DNA of 64,000 nt from Octopus vulgaris. Lineage: Eukaryota. Below are positions 11,994 through 26,769 of the stretch, piece after piece. The stretch lies in assembly GCA_951406725.2 (NCBI GenBank), contig OX597822.1, positions 14,384,001-14,448,000 on the forward strand. Reading direction: 5' to 3'. The notes below the pieces were generated by a model. It searched no databases. It was given only the letters and a program-made list of their open reading frames with translations, and was not told the origin of the DNA. Positions within the stretch are counted from its first letter, which is position 1. Every line of letters starts with the position of its first letter. Position numbers and translations under genes: made by a program.

Positions 11994-12479
11994 ATGTGTG
12001 TGTGTGTGTATGTATGCGTATATGTGTGTGTGTATATTTGTGTCTGTGTTTGCCCCCCCTCCATGACTTGGCAACTGATGTTGGTGTGATGGCATCCCAG
12101 TAACCTAGCGGTTCGGCAAAACAGATCGATGGAATAAGTACTAGGCTTACAAAGAATAAGCCCGGGGGTGGATATGTTCGACTAAAAGTGGTGCTCTAGC
12201 ATGGCCGCATTGACTGAAACAAATAAAAGATATATATATATATATGCATATGCATGAAAATATATATATGTGTATGCATGGATATGTGCATGGAGGTATG
12301 TATGCATTCATGTACATACTTACACACACATACATATCCACTAAAACGGAATACATAGACAGTATGTAAATATATGATTAGTGTTTATATATGTAAATAT
12401 TTGTTAACATTTTTATGGCAGAAATATTTGTGTACACACGCGCGCACATTATATTCTTGTATATATATTTTTTGTTTCC

Positions 12480-12780
12480 TTTTTATTTTCTGTCATTTGA
12501 CTACGGCCATACTGGAGCATCGCCTTGTAGTCGAACAAATCTACTCCAGGACTTATTCTTTGTAGGCCAAATACCTATTTATATCGGTCTCTTTTGCCGA
12601 ACAGCTATGTTACGGGGACGTGAACACGCCAACATCGGTTGTCAAGTGATATATACATATATATACGACGGGGTTCTCTCATCTTCCGTCTACCAGATCC
12701 ACTCACAAGGCTTTGGTCGGCCCAAGGTGCCACGCAGTGAGACTGTACCTGGAACCATGTTGTTGCTAAGCAAGCTACTT
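12480..12780 (-). mobile_element. SINE family A copy (a 3' half on + also lies at 12040-12230)
   Basis: Similarity to 15085-15495. Confidence 0.7.
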
Positions 12781-12849
12781 TATTTCATAAAATTGGCTAT
12801 GCAGACTTACGAAGATGTAACTGCAGGCTGGACAAAGATACAATGATTA

Positions 12850-13490
12850 ATGGAATGAAAAAAATGGTTGGTGGGAGAAGCAAACAACGCCCGCTGATTG
12901 TTGCATTCTCGGAAACATTGTTCTCTTTTTTTTTTTACAACATAACAAAATAAGGTATTGAACGTCTTACCTCAGTTCAAAAAATGGACGCAATCGTCCT
13001 TGCGAATTAAGGCGCTGAGCCTCTTACCAAAAAAAAAATTACAAAAAATACAAATTCAAATTTAGGCACTAAGGCCGCTTATCTTTCCTCCCTGACCAGG
13101 CTATGTGCCTCCGGCAGGCAATCCTGCATTTCCAAGTTGGGGGCTCGAAAAGGCAAACCTATATTACTCCTTGGGAAAGGAGTCCATCATTCTGAATATA
13201 TCGTCCTCCGTTATCACCTCCGCAGGTAACAGCGGACGCCAATCTGGGTCTTCAGTCCAGGACAGGACCCCCTCTCTCTGGCCCTCTAGCTTCTTCACAA
13301 AACTATGTACCGCCCTTCCCTTATGAAAGATCACGAAATCATCCTTCATCATTATGGGAGGGGCCACAGTTACCTCCGTCGGTGGCAGAATTTCCACTGA
13401 CGAGGTTTCAGGACAATCCGGCGGTGTACTACTAACCGCAGGGAACGTCCTATTCTTCGTCTTCTGTTTTTTTTTCTCACTTGTGCAAGC
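12850..13490 (-). mobile_element. Unclassified coding repeat, shorter copy (paralog of 18540-19610)
   Basis: Shared end 'ggtgggagaagcaaacaacgcccgc' and homologous peptides WTEDPDWRPLL / WTENPDWLLQV. Confidence 0.6.
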
Positions 13491-13805
13491 TAATTACCAC
13501 ATAGCCACTCCTGCGCGTGAATTAGTTTAGGACTCCTTAACAAGAATGTGGCCTTCATTTGACAAAGGTATCTTTGGCCTGATAAGTAGCTGGCCAAGCA
13601 GGCCTCGTTGGGTAATTGTTACACCTGAAAATCTGCTTACTGGGAAACATATGTTGGCTGAATTCTCTCTGCTTCACCCACAATATCGATGAGGTAAATA
13701 TATGTAGAAATATAAATAAACACACATGCACATACGCGAACGCAAAATCACACACTGTTGCATATATATGTACCCGCATTCATATGGCAATGAACTTTAT
13801 TGCTC

Positions 13806-13874
<69 letters not shown>

Positions 13875-13974
13875 CACGCACACACACATATGTATACAGA
13901 GTGTGTGTGAGAGAGAGATAGACAGATAGATAGGTAGATAGATAAATAGATAGATAGATAGAGAGACAGACAGC

Positions 13975-14013
<39 letters not shown>

Positions 14014-14083
14014 ATAAATAGACAGACAGGCAGATAGGCAGACAGACAGATAGATAGATAGATAGACAGACAGACAAGCAGAC

Positions 14084-14146
<63 letters not shown>

Positions 14147-14657
14147 CAAACAGAGAGACAGATATAGATATACACACGCACATATACATACACACTCACA
14201 CACACATACACGCGCATATACACACACGCTCACTCATACACGTATTTACAGCTGCACATATACACACATAATCAGGTATCGAATACACTCAAACACAAAT
14301 ACAAATTAATTAATCGTAACCTGGCTGGAAATTCGATTCCCGCCACAACATCACACTAGCCCACCTCACCCCACCGCCCTTTCCTGTCCCTCCTCACACT
14401 GCTGCTCACATCCGCCCACTCCCTGCGTTCATTACCCCTTAACCTCACCCCAGCCCACCCGCAACCGGCCCCGTCAACCCTCAAAAACACGTGCAGCTGA
14501 GATATTCCTTTGTTCTCAACAACAAGCAAACACACCGACACGGCCATACGAGTAGCACGCACTTACACGCACGCGTACACACACACACATACGTGCATAA
14601 ATACGTATGCACTCAGACAGACATACAATATACATGCATAATCTCTCTCTCTGTCTG

Positions 14658-14690
<33 letters not shown>

Positions 14691-14694
14691 TTAT

Positions 14695-14856
14695 AGGCGC
14701 AGCAGTGGCTTTGTAGTATGTAACTTGCTTACCAACCACATGGTTCCGGGTTCAGTCTCACTGCGTGGCACCTTGGGCAAGTGTCTTCTGCTATAGCCTC
14801 GGGCTGACCAAAGCCTTGTGAGAGGATTTGATAAACGGAAACTGAAAGAAGCCCGC
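14695..14856 (+). mobile_element. SINE family A, 5' half (tRNA-like head)
   Basis: ggcgcagcagtggct...ggttccgggttcagtc...ccttgggcaagtg. Confidence 0.75.
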
Positions 14857-15084
14857 GGAGTAGATAAAACAGGGGACAACTGATGAAGCGAATGTTCTTT
14901 ATGTTGCCCGTCTCGTTTCTCTATTTTTTTCTTTCGTTGTTCAAAAAAGTAGTTCGTTTTCTATTTTTTATGTTCTCGTTTCTCATTTTGTTGACGTCTT
15001 TTTTAGATGTCCTATACCCATATATGCATGTGTATATATACATAGATACGTAGGTATGTACATATATGTATGTATATATGTATA

Positions 15085-15288
15085 TTTACTCTTTTACTTG
15101 TTTCAGTCATTTGACTGCGGCCATGCTGGAGCACCGCCTTTAGTCAAGCAAATCAACCCAGGGACTTATTCTTTGTAAACTCAGTACTTATTCTATCGGT
15201 CTCTATTGCCGAACCGCTAAGTGACGGAGACGTACACACACCAGCATCGGTTGTCAAGCAATGGTAGGGGCCAAATACAGACACACAA

Positions 15289-15334
<46 letters not shown>

Positions 15335-15495
15335 GACAGGCTTCTTTCAGTTTCCGTCTACCAAATCCACTCACAAGGCATTGGTCGGCCCGGGCCTATA
15401 GCAGAAGACACTTGCCCAAGATGCCACGCAGTGGGACTGAACCCGGAACCATGTGGTTGGTTAGCAAGCTACTTACCACACAGCCACTCCTGCGC
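15085..15495 (-). mobile_element. SINE family A, near full length, with internal (TA)n/(TG)n
   Basis: Pol III-like head (tggctgtgtggtaag ... gggttcagtccc), internal microsatellite, tail ggtgctccagcatggccgcagtcaaatgactgaaac. Confidence 0.85.
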
Positions 15496-15555
15496 ATTAT
15501 TTATATTATCATATGACTGAACGCGACGCATCCATTTCCAAGTAAGTTTTATCTA

Positions 15556-15590
<35 letters not shown>

Positions 15591-15592
15591 GG

Positions 15593-15662
<70 letters not shown>

Positions 15663-15669
15663 GATATGT

Positions 15670-15962
15670 GGAGGCGCAATGACCCAGTGGTTAGGGCAGC
15701 AGACTCACGGTTGTAGGATCACGGTTTCTCAGACCGGGCATTGTGAGTGTTTATTGAGCGAAAACACCTAAAGCTCCACGAGGCTCCGGCAGGGAGGGTG
15801 GCGATCCCTGCTGTACTCTTTCGCCACAACTTTCTCTCACTCTTTCTTCTGTTGGCCTGCTCGCTTAGCCAACGGGGTGGCGTCATTTGAAGGCTAAAAT
15901 AATGCGAAGCGCATTGTGACCAGCGATTTATCAACATCTGATAGCCTGGTCGGTCACGGTGA
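15670..15962 (+). mobile_element. tRNA-derived SINE (a different family)
   Basis: ggaggcgcaatgacccagtggttagggcagc tRNA-like head; flanked by (TA)n. Confidence 0.65.
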
Positions 15963-16010
15963 TATATATATATATGTATACTCAAAATAAGCAACAAGAA
16001 TGACTCCGGT

Positions 16011-16101
16011 AATTTGGTACGATCGTTTCGTACTACATCATTTTATTAAATGTTGTAAGTATTACAACAGATTTAAAATGCCGAGTACTCATCAGCCAAT
16101 T
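16011..16101 (-). ncRNA. Minimal type-I hammerhead ribozyme
   Basis: Minus strand: aattgg-CTGATGA-gtact...agtac-GAAA-cgatcGTA-ccaaatt; palindromic stem III acgatcgt. Confidence 0.85.
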
Positions 16102-16544
16102 ATAGAGATTTTCCATTAATACAAAAATGTTCATATCAAGTGGCAACATTATAGAGAAGGTAGATACATAGAGAAAGATGTGGATTTAAATTTTAAGAAC
16201 ATTTGAGGTAGTGGAGCCCATCAACTGACTGACTAAGATTCGGTTGATCCAAACTACTGTAAGGTCGTGAGAGGGAAGAATAATTTGAAGGAGACAATAA
16301 AGATTTTCTTATTATAGAAATGGGGTAAAGGGTGTTTTCAGAGCTCCATATAAGGAATTTATGTGGAAGACAGCATTGTCACTACTAAATGCCAATTACT
16401 ACTATTTGATGAACAGATTCTGCATTAGAACTAGGTCAAAGTCAGATGGTCACAGTAACATTCACAGACAATGCAGAGACCTTACAAACCCTATGCATAT
16501 CATCACAACAGTTGGTCTATAAGTTCCAAGTACTTTGACACATT

Positions 16545-16760
16545 AGAATAAAGGAAAAATTATAAATCTAAAATTTATTCAAATTTGGAGAAAGAGACTA
16601 TCACTTATTATGAGTAGGCATAGTACTTATTAACTGGGGGAAAAGTCTTTTTGGACAATATTCTACCCCGTATAATTCCTAATCTCCCCCTGAGTCTATG
16701 GATTAATACAGATGAGGTAATAGATTGGTTTAAATCTCTAGATAACACTAATAGAATAGG
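16545..16760 (+). pseudogene. Penelope-like reverse transcriptase fragment
   Basis: GKVFLDNILPRIIPNLPLSLWINTDEVIDWFKSLDN resembles the PLE RT segment 'SKxILDxIN...NQWKNTxxVIxWF'. Confidence 0.55.
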
Positions 16761-16813
16761 CGGTACTCCAGCATGGCCGCAGTCAAATGGTTGAGACAAA
16801 TAAGAGAATACAA

Positions 16814-16853
<40 letters not shown>

Positions 16854-16962
16854 TTTAGGATCGTGAGCTGAATATCATAACCCCTAAGTCACGCGCCTTC
16901 ACATCAAGCTTCTCTTCGTATAACATGCCTTCATGGATGTAGGGGATCATGATCATCTGCAC

Positions 16963-17104
<142 letters not shown>

Positions 17105-17171
17105 CATATGCATATATATATATATACATACATATATATATATGTATATATATATATATGTATATATGTAT

Positions 17172-17234
<63 letters not shown>

Positions 17235-17264
17235 TGAGAAAGTTGGTGTGTGAAAGCACGTGGT

Positions 17265-17901
<637 letters not shown>

Positions 17902-17927
17902 CATACATATATATATATATGTATTTA

Positions 17928-17970
<43 letters not shown>

Positions 17971-18000
17971 GACTTTTAGACTCATAGGATATTTGGATAT

Positions 18001-18074
<74 letters not shown>

Positions 18075-18087
18075 ATATATAGAGAGT

Positions 18088-18192
<105 letters not shown>

Positions 18193-18539
18193 ATAGGCAC
18201 AAGCAGGGCTGTGTGGATAAGTGCAGGCATGGCTATGTAGTAAGATTTTTGCTTCCCAACCACATGGTTCTGGGTTCAGTCTCACTGCGTGGAACCTTGG
18301 GTGAGTGTGTGAGTGTGCCTGTGTGTAACCTAGTGGTTCGGCAAAAGAGACCGAAGGAGTTAGTACTGAGCTTACAAAGAATAAATCCTGCCGTCGATTC
18401 GTTCAACTACAGGCGCTGCTCCCACTCGATGCGTATCTATAATTATTCTTTTATTCTCTTACTTGTTTCAGTCATTTGGCTACCGGCCATGCTGGAGCAC
18501 CGCCTTTAGTCGAGCAAATCGACTCCAGGACACGATGAT

Positions 18540-19610
18540 GATGGAATGAAATAAATGATTGGTGGGAGAAGCAAACAACGCCCGCCTATTGTGCATTCTC
18601 GAAAGCATTGTTCTTTTTATTTAAAAACAAAACAAAATGAGGTATTAAGCCTCTTACCTCAGTTCAATAATAATTGACGTAATCGTCTTTACAATTTGAG
18701 GTGTTGAGCCTCTTACGAAAGAATACAAACAATATAACAATAAAAATTGAGGCACTAAGGCCTCTTATCCTTTCTCTTCGACCTGGCCATATGCCTCCTG
18801 CAGGTAATCCTGTAGTTCCAGGAGTCCATCACCCTGAACATTTCAACGTCCGTTAGGACCTCCACAGTTACCTGCAGAAGCCAATCCGGGTTTTCAGTCC
18901 AGGGCAAGATCCCATCCCTCCGGCCTTCTAGCTTCCCTATGAAGCTCTGAATCGCCCCTCTCTTATGGAAGAAGATCACAAAATCATCCGTCAATGCACT
19001 GGGAGGAGCCACAGTTTCCTCCGTCGGTGGCACAATTTCCACCGATGAGGTTTCAGGACATGCCGACAGAGCACTACCAACCGCCGGCAATGCCCCATTC
19101 TTTTTTTCTCTCTTGTGCTACGAAATGGTGTGGTACCTCCGCTTTATCCGGAGGATCTTCACGCCCTCCCTTCTTTTTTTCCCTTTTTTCGAGGACTCCA
19201 TTTCCTCGACTGCCTTCATCTATCCTTCCAGTGGAGGAACGGAGGGCACTACTTTTATTAACGGCTCCAGGACCTTACCTTGGTCCTGGGGACAGTTTTT
19301 TTAATGTTGCCTGATTCCAGGCACAGGTGACACTTGGGGGGGGGGGGGGCGTCCCTCAAGAATCACCGGATACCTATAACCGGCCATTTTAAGAAACTCT
19401 GTAAACACCAGGTTCTTGGCTGATTGGGTCCAGAGGGTCAAAACTATAAATTTTATAGTTGGCATATACACCGCCAACTCTCTCTCCATGTCGGTCTTTT
19501 TAAAGAGGGTGATGGTGTCGAGCGACTTGGAGCACGTTCGCAGCACCATCGTCTGCCAGCTCGCCGATACCACAGATTTGCGTGTCAGTTATTTGACCTT
19601 AACCAGTTGA
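18540..19610 (-). mobile_element. Unclassified coding repeat, longer copy with a frameshifted ORF1-like region
   Basis: ORFs 19301-19573 and 18755-19090; homologous to 12850-13490. Confidence 0.55.
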
Positions 19611-19989
19611 GCATGTCTCTTTAGTGGCTGACGATATGTGCATCTCTGATCACGAGCAGAAGTAGTGGGGGAGCATCATAACCATGTGCTGAGAGGGATT
19701 CTTTGGGGTTTTAATAATTCACTCCTGGAAACATGAGTGTTTCCTTCAACATCCTTAAACAACCCTTATTCAGGGACCTTTTGAGCGCGACAAGAAGAAA
19801 TTTCTCACTGGGCCCCACCTGCAAGGTCATGTGCTGTTTATCTTGATATGAGATCACCATGTCACGCATATATGGCTGTGATGCATGTGCCTAGTGTACC
19901 TTTATCAGGCGGGTAGTCATGATGGGTATACTGGGCTTCGTATATTTTACCCCAGTGTCACTTTGATGGCATGCGCTGCTCTCTCACTC

Positions 19990-20026
19990 AATAATAATAA
20001 TAATAATAATAGTAATAATAGTAATA

Positions 20027-20092
<66 letters not shown>

Positions 20093-20122
20093 GTAATAAT
20101 AATGATAATGATAATAATAATT
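19990..20122. repeat. (AAT)n microsatellite
   Basis: Direct reading. Confidence 0.95.
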
Positions 20123-20124
20123 AT

Positions 20125-20820
20125 AAATGACCCAAAATACCGATTCTGTAACGATGAGATTGAATCTATAGACCACCTAATCTCAGGGTGTAGAGTCTTA
20201 GCACCTGTAGAATATAAAGCAAGACATGACAGAATCGGCTAGTATTTACACTGGACAATATGTCGGCATTATAAAATCAAAGCCGCTGACAAATGGTATA
20301 AACGCCATCTTTAAGCTGTGACTGAGGGAGAAAATGTGTCGATTCTCTGGGACTTCCCCGTACTTACAGACAAAACTATAAAAGCTAATAAATCGGATAT
20401 TCCATGCGATCACAATATAGCGGCGAAATAATTTGACAAGATCAGTAAATATAAAGACTTGCTAATAGAAATTGAAAAAATGTGGTATCTCAAGGCGATT
20501 ACAGTACCTGTGATTGTAGGATTTCTAGGAATGATTAAAAAATGTTACTGAACCTATTTGAAAATGATACCAGGCTTACCATCCATACAGGAAGTGCAAA
20601 AAAATGGAATGACTCATGTACTGAGAAGAGCAATTATCACTGTGAAAACAACATTCATTCATAAATGAATGAATGAATGAATTAATTTTTTTTTGTAAAT
20701 ACATATTTTACCTGCGAATTTGTGTGTATAATCTGGAAATGCATACAATGAGCTTCTCTGCCCTAGGTGTTCGGAAAACACTCGGTGAGAAATGGAAGAA
20801 AATTTGAAGAAAGGAATAAA
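20125..20820 (+). mobile_element. RLE-type (R4/Dong/NeSL-like) non-LTR retrotransposon 3' fragment
   Basis: Translates as ILWDFPVLTDKTIKANKSDI ... KISKYKDLLIEIEKMWYLKAITVPVIVGFLG (restriction-like endonuclease); flanked by (AAT)n. Confidence 0.75.
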
Positions 20821-20999
20821 AAATAATAATAATAATAACATCAAACAATACCTTAGAAATGAGAACCCAGGTTCGAAATTTCCCCAAGACACCTGATAAA
20901 GGTTGGAGGCTATATTAGCTTAAACGTTGTATTAACAACAAACAAGATGAAGACAAATATCCGTCAATGTAAATAACGTAAATAATGTAAAAATAACTT

Positions 21000-21470
21000 A
21001 TTTACCCAAGTTTTAACAGTCTGATGCACAATACCACGCATGTATAAATAAAAAAGAAAAATACATGAGCATGTTCTTGATTCAGCTGCCGCTCTGTCGT
21101 GCCTTTTGAAGCTCCCTCTTGCCATTTGAAACATTGCGTACGACGTGTTACCTCGCCGCTGCAAACTTGCCGAAACATGTTCAATGTCTCTGTAGCAGAC
21201 GTACCGAGTTCAAACAAAAACTTAATCGTTGGCTCTGTGCTCCAACTTCCTGTCCATGACAAAAATTGGAGACTTCAACATACACGGGATCAGAAAAAAA
21301 AAAAACCAAAAACAACAACACAAATTTCACAACTTGCAAAGTAAACACTTTGATGTCCACTCGGCTCACTGCCTCATCAGTGTCTCTTCTAGTTCTCGCT
21401 TTGCACGCAACTATGTGCTATCTGTTGGCACGATACAGTACTAGTCCGGGAAATTTTTGATACCACCTCG
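21000..21470 (-). mobile_element. Mariner remnant (TIR + HTH N-terminus)
   Basis: IKFLFELGTSATETLNMFRQV...RTQCFKW; end TA|cgaggtggtatcaaaaatttcccggac. Confidence 0.75.
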
Positions 21471-21506
21471 TATACAAACACACACACACGCACAAATATA
21501 TATATA

Positions 21507-21891
21507 CTAGCAGTATCGCCCGGCGTTGCTCAGGTTTGTAAGGGAAATAACTATAAAGCATTTTTAGAGAGTTATAGCCAAAAAATAGAAAAAAAAATGG
21601 AAAAAAATGATGGTAAATTTTTTTTTGAGATTTAAAAAAGGTGGAGTTGCGTCCCCTAGACAGTTTGTGGTTCGTATTTCTGATTCTCGACCCCATGTCG
21701 AATTTATCGATTTTTTCAGAACTGGGGGAACTTTTCAAAATTTTCGCTGCGTTAGTTTTGAATTATGACATTGGGCTATGTGTGTGTCAAGTTTCATCAG
21801 AATCGGTTGAAAGCCGTGGTCAGGGTGAGAGTACAAGCAAACAGACACACAGAAACACGCACAGACAAACTGCCGTTTATATATAGAGAGA
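21507..21891 (-). mobile_element. Non-autonomous Helitron
   Basis: Minus strand begins A|TC and ends cctgagcaacgccgggcgatactgCTAG|T; same terminus as 1714-1742. Confidence 0.85.
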
Positions 21892-21935
21892 TATATCATA
21901 TGAAATAAAATGAAAAACAGGACACAAAGGATGTC

Positions 21936-22024
21936 GCGGTACTTATGTTTCGAGCTTTATAGAACAACTTATTCTTACATCAATGCATAATCGACATAAC
22001 AGATAGTTCAAAAGCCCCCTTCAG
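21936..22024 (-). ncRNA. Degenerate hammerhead motif truncated by (TA)n
   Basis: CTGAAGG-gggcttt...aaagctc-GAAA-cataaGTA; A9 is mutated and the 5' strand of stem I is lost. Confidence 0.5.
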
Positions 22025-22054
22025 TATATATGTATATACATATATATGTATATA

Positions 22055-22114
<60 letters not shown>

Positions 22115-22503
22115 GTATATATATATATGTATATATATATATGTATATATGTATATATATATATACATACACACATACATACATACATACATACATACAT
22201 ACACACACGCGCGCACGACGCTGCTGTCATCTTGCCGTTGTTTTTACTGCAACAGGGAGAGAGAAAAATAGGGTTAGCTAAGAAAAGAAATAAAGGTGGG
22301 GGAGAAATTATTCGAACTTTGGGTATATGTCTAGTAGTATGCCGATTAAAGCACTTTCACCGTTTAGGCTACCTGATGTCATCCACAGGTACGATATAAT
22401 TGTCATTGGATACACGTCAGGAATTCCACGGGGCTGAGTTTATAATGAATGATGTTAAACGGAGAATGGATTTAGATAATGGTTTTTGCTAAATCTATTT
22501 TCC

Positions 22504-22562
<59 letters not shown>

Positions 22563-22570
22563 AATATAAA

Positions 22571-22785
22571 GGCGGTGAGCTGGTAGAATCGTTAGCACGC
22601 CGGGAGAAATGCTTAGCGTTATTTTGTCTGCTGCTACGTTCTAAGTTCAAATTCCGCCGAGGTCAACTTTGCCTTGCATCCTTTTGGGGTCGATGAAATA
22701 AGTACCAGTGAAACACTGGTGTCGATGTAATCAACCCAGGCCCCTCCCCAAATATGTCAGGCCTTATGCCTATAGTAGAAAGGAT
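22571..22785 (+). mobile_element. SINE family B (other copies at 32050-32250 -, 43190-43370 -, 51383-51560 +, 63264-63480 +)
   Basis: ggcggtgagctgg.agaa.cgttagcacg...gttcaaattccgccgaggtc.actttgcctt..atcc...ggggtcgat.aaataagtacc; the central domain resembles Meta/Sauria-type SINE cores (inference). Confidence 0.75.
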
Positions 22786-22787
22786 TT

Positions 22788-22890
<103 letters not shown>

Positions 22891-22995
22891 TTATATATAG
22901 ACGCACACACAAACATATATATATAACGTATATGTATATGTGTGTGTGTGTGTGAGTTTATATAATAAACATTCATTCTCGCAAACGTGCACACG

Positions 22996-23057
<62 letters not shown>

Positions 23058-24447
23058 CAGACAGAGTGATAGCAAAGACATTATAAGCGGTAATCCCGGC
23101 TATCACACCACCACCAAAACAACAACAACATCAACAATTACTATCCCCATCACCACCACCACCGCAACTTCTGCCGTCAACAACGCCCTCAACAACAACA
23201 ACAACAAGTGCTTTCTCTACATCTGGTGACCTTTCATTTTAAAGTAATTTACGAGGGTCATCGTGACTAGGTTAACTTACCTGAAGAGCGGGTCGTGTGA
23301 CTGGGTGGATTAATGGTGTTGGTTGATGGCGGTGGTGATGTTGCAATTAGTGGCGTGACAGTGGTGCTGTTGGGGGAAGTTGTGGTGAGGGTGGTGGTGC
23401 TGTGGTAACGATAGTGCTTATTGGTTGAGGTAAGGGTGGCGGCGGTGACCATGTGTTGTTGTTGTTAATGGCAGAGTTAGTGGGGCGGTTGGATGTCGTA
23501 GGTGTATACGAGCGGTAGTGCGTAGAATTTAATCAGAAGAACAATAGCGTAAGGGTCAGGTGAAACTAGGAGACAAACTGATGAAAGGGATACGTATGTA
23601 TGCGTATGTATGTATGCTTGCATGTATATATGTATGTATTTATGTATTTATGTATGTATGCATGTATGTATATGCATATACATATATGTGTTTTGCATTG
23701 TATATTTATATACATATATACATATACATATACACACACATTCGTACGTGCACATGCACACACACACACTCTCTCTCTCTCTCACACACACACATAGAGC
23801 AATAAAATCGTGGAAAACGCATTCAAGTCATCCAGTAACACGCAAAAAATTTAAATTCCCTTTAAAGTTAATTTGACAGCGTTATACATATGTTTTTTGC
23901 CTCCGGTGATGGAATAGATCGCATCTTTTGACCGCTGACCACTTTCTGAGTAAATGCACCATCTGTACGTCTCTTCTTGAAACAGCTGTTAGGGACTATT
24001 TACACACCTTCCTTTCTTCCTTCTCTATTCTCATCCACCTTTGGATTCTTACCTGCGATAACACATACAATAATTCAAACACTTCTCATATGATTGTTCC
24101 GGGAGAATGGTAGCATACACCTCAAGAATGCTTCTCAATTGATTCTTTATCGACCTCTTGTGATCTGCACAAATGTAACAGTCTACGCTCATGCTTAAAT
24201 ATATGAGTGTCCTAAACTGACCTGACCGCCCGTTGTTTACTTGTCTATGCTTTTATTCTATTATACGCGTACCAGCTCAATTAAAATACCACGAATAGAT
24301 AACCTTCACTGGAGCAGTTACAACACCCATCTTTTTTTTAGTTTCAGGTGAAGTTTTAGTCTACACCGTCACTCAGCATGAGTATTAATTGAATGTACCT
24401 GTTACCTTACGTCATCAGCCATAATATTACCTGAATTTTACATACAT

Positions 24448-24587
<140 letters not shown>

Positions 24588-24807
24588 ATAAATATATATA
24601 CTTGTAATATAAGGCCAGAAATTTTTTTTAAATTTCCGTTGGCTTTCTTTTCTCGTTTCAACACGCTGTGTATTTATAGTGAAAGATATTGTATGTGGTT
24701 AGACGATCTAAAGTCTATTTTTCAGCATACTGGCATAGAACTTTTTTTCTATTGACCTTATTTATAATTGTATGTAGATATATATATACATACATACATA
24801 CATATAC

Positions 24808-24899
<92 letters not shown>

Positions 24900-24902
<3 letters not shown>

Positions 24903-25320
24903 GGTTCAGCAAAATTTAGATTCAGATGAATATGGTACTTAAGTCAAAGGCACCAGAATTTTGTATGGTATTATCCATATAAATCAAATGGGGTGATTAT
25001 AATCAAAATAAGCAACAAAGATATCCAAGGTAGAGTAGTACAATTGTTTCATGCAACTTCATATTATTAAACACTATAAGTATTACATCAGTTTTAAAAT
25101 GTCGAGCAATCTGCAGCCACATATAGAATTTTCCAATTAAGCGGACAATGCACATTCTTAATAGGGATAAGAAATAGGGATAAGAATGTGCATTTCCGTT
25201 TCATTGGAAAATTCTATATGTAGCTGAAGATTGCTCGACATTTTAAAACTGATGTAATACTTACAGTGTTTAATAAAATGAAGTAGCATGAAACAATTGT
25301 ACTACTCTACCTTGGATATA
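24900..25320. mobile_element. PLE-like fold-back remnant in (TA)n
   Basis: Arms ~25021-25136 and ~25204-25320; left flank homologous to 4290-4440. Confidence 0.7.
25220..25305 (+). ncRNA. Minimal type-I hammerhead ribozyme
   Basis: gtag-CTGAAGA-ttgct...agcat-GAAA-caattGTA-ctac. Confidence 0.8.
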
Positions 25321-25334
25321 CTTGATGCTTATTT

Positions 25335-25393
<59 letters not shown>

Positions 25394-26317
25394 ATATATA
25401 TATATATATTTATATATATCTCTATATATATATGTATATATATATATATAATGTAAAGGAATAAGTAGATGGGATCCGAGCAGGTACCTTATCAGCACTC
25501 TCATATAATCCAGGTTCGAATAATAGGGAACATACAGAATTGTCTAAGATAAACAATTACATGGCACTTCACTTCATTGGCTTTCATACACCATACAGGT
25601 CATATAACCAAGCGATCATAAAGCGGAATGAACAATGATGCATCTTCAAAGCTGGAATATTGGTGTAGCATGTATGTATATTTAGTTGGTTCAGCTGCAG
25701 TAGGGAGTCTTCCAGAATAGACATTATCATGCAGCTTTGTTCAAAGTTTTACCCATGCTGGTGGGTGAAGTGAGTTCGTTTCACACACCCGCATGGCTAA
25801 AGCCTTTAAGTTTTGAAGGTGTATAATTCTCCATTCTTCTTTATGATGTCTGATTATATACTCTGTATGTTTGTGTATATAGGCACACACACACATATAT
25901 ATACACACACACAAACACATGCATACATACCTACACACATATATAAGAGAGGGTCACACACACACACAGACACACACATGTATAAGTGAGGGTCTAATAA
26001 CTGCTGTTATATTCGTAGTTTGATTTCTCACTGATTTCTTTTTCTTCTTCTCGTTGAAAACAAGATATTTCAGTGGAATATCACAATATAGTTGAAAGGA
26101 CAACAAGATAGCAATGTTGCTTTTGGTGTTCTAAGAAGAACTTCCGACAATAGCGACAAGTAGAGACCAACTCTGTTCTTTGTTTTTATGCTGATATAAA
26201 CTTCATCTTTATGTCGAAATAAAATAATTAGCTGTAATGAACATGTCAAAGATCATATAAAGTCATATGTTCACATACATTCACATAAACATACACACAT
26301 GTATGTATATAGAGCTA

Positions 26318-26765
<448 letters not shown>

Positions 26766-26769
26766 GTAT

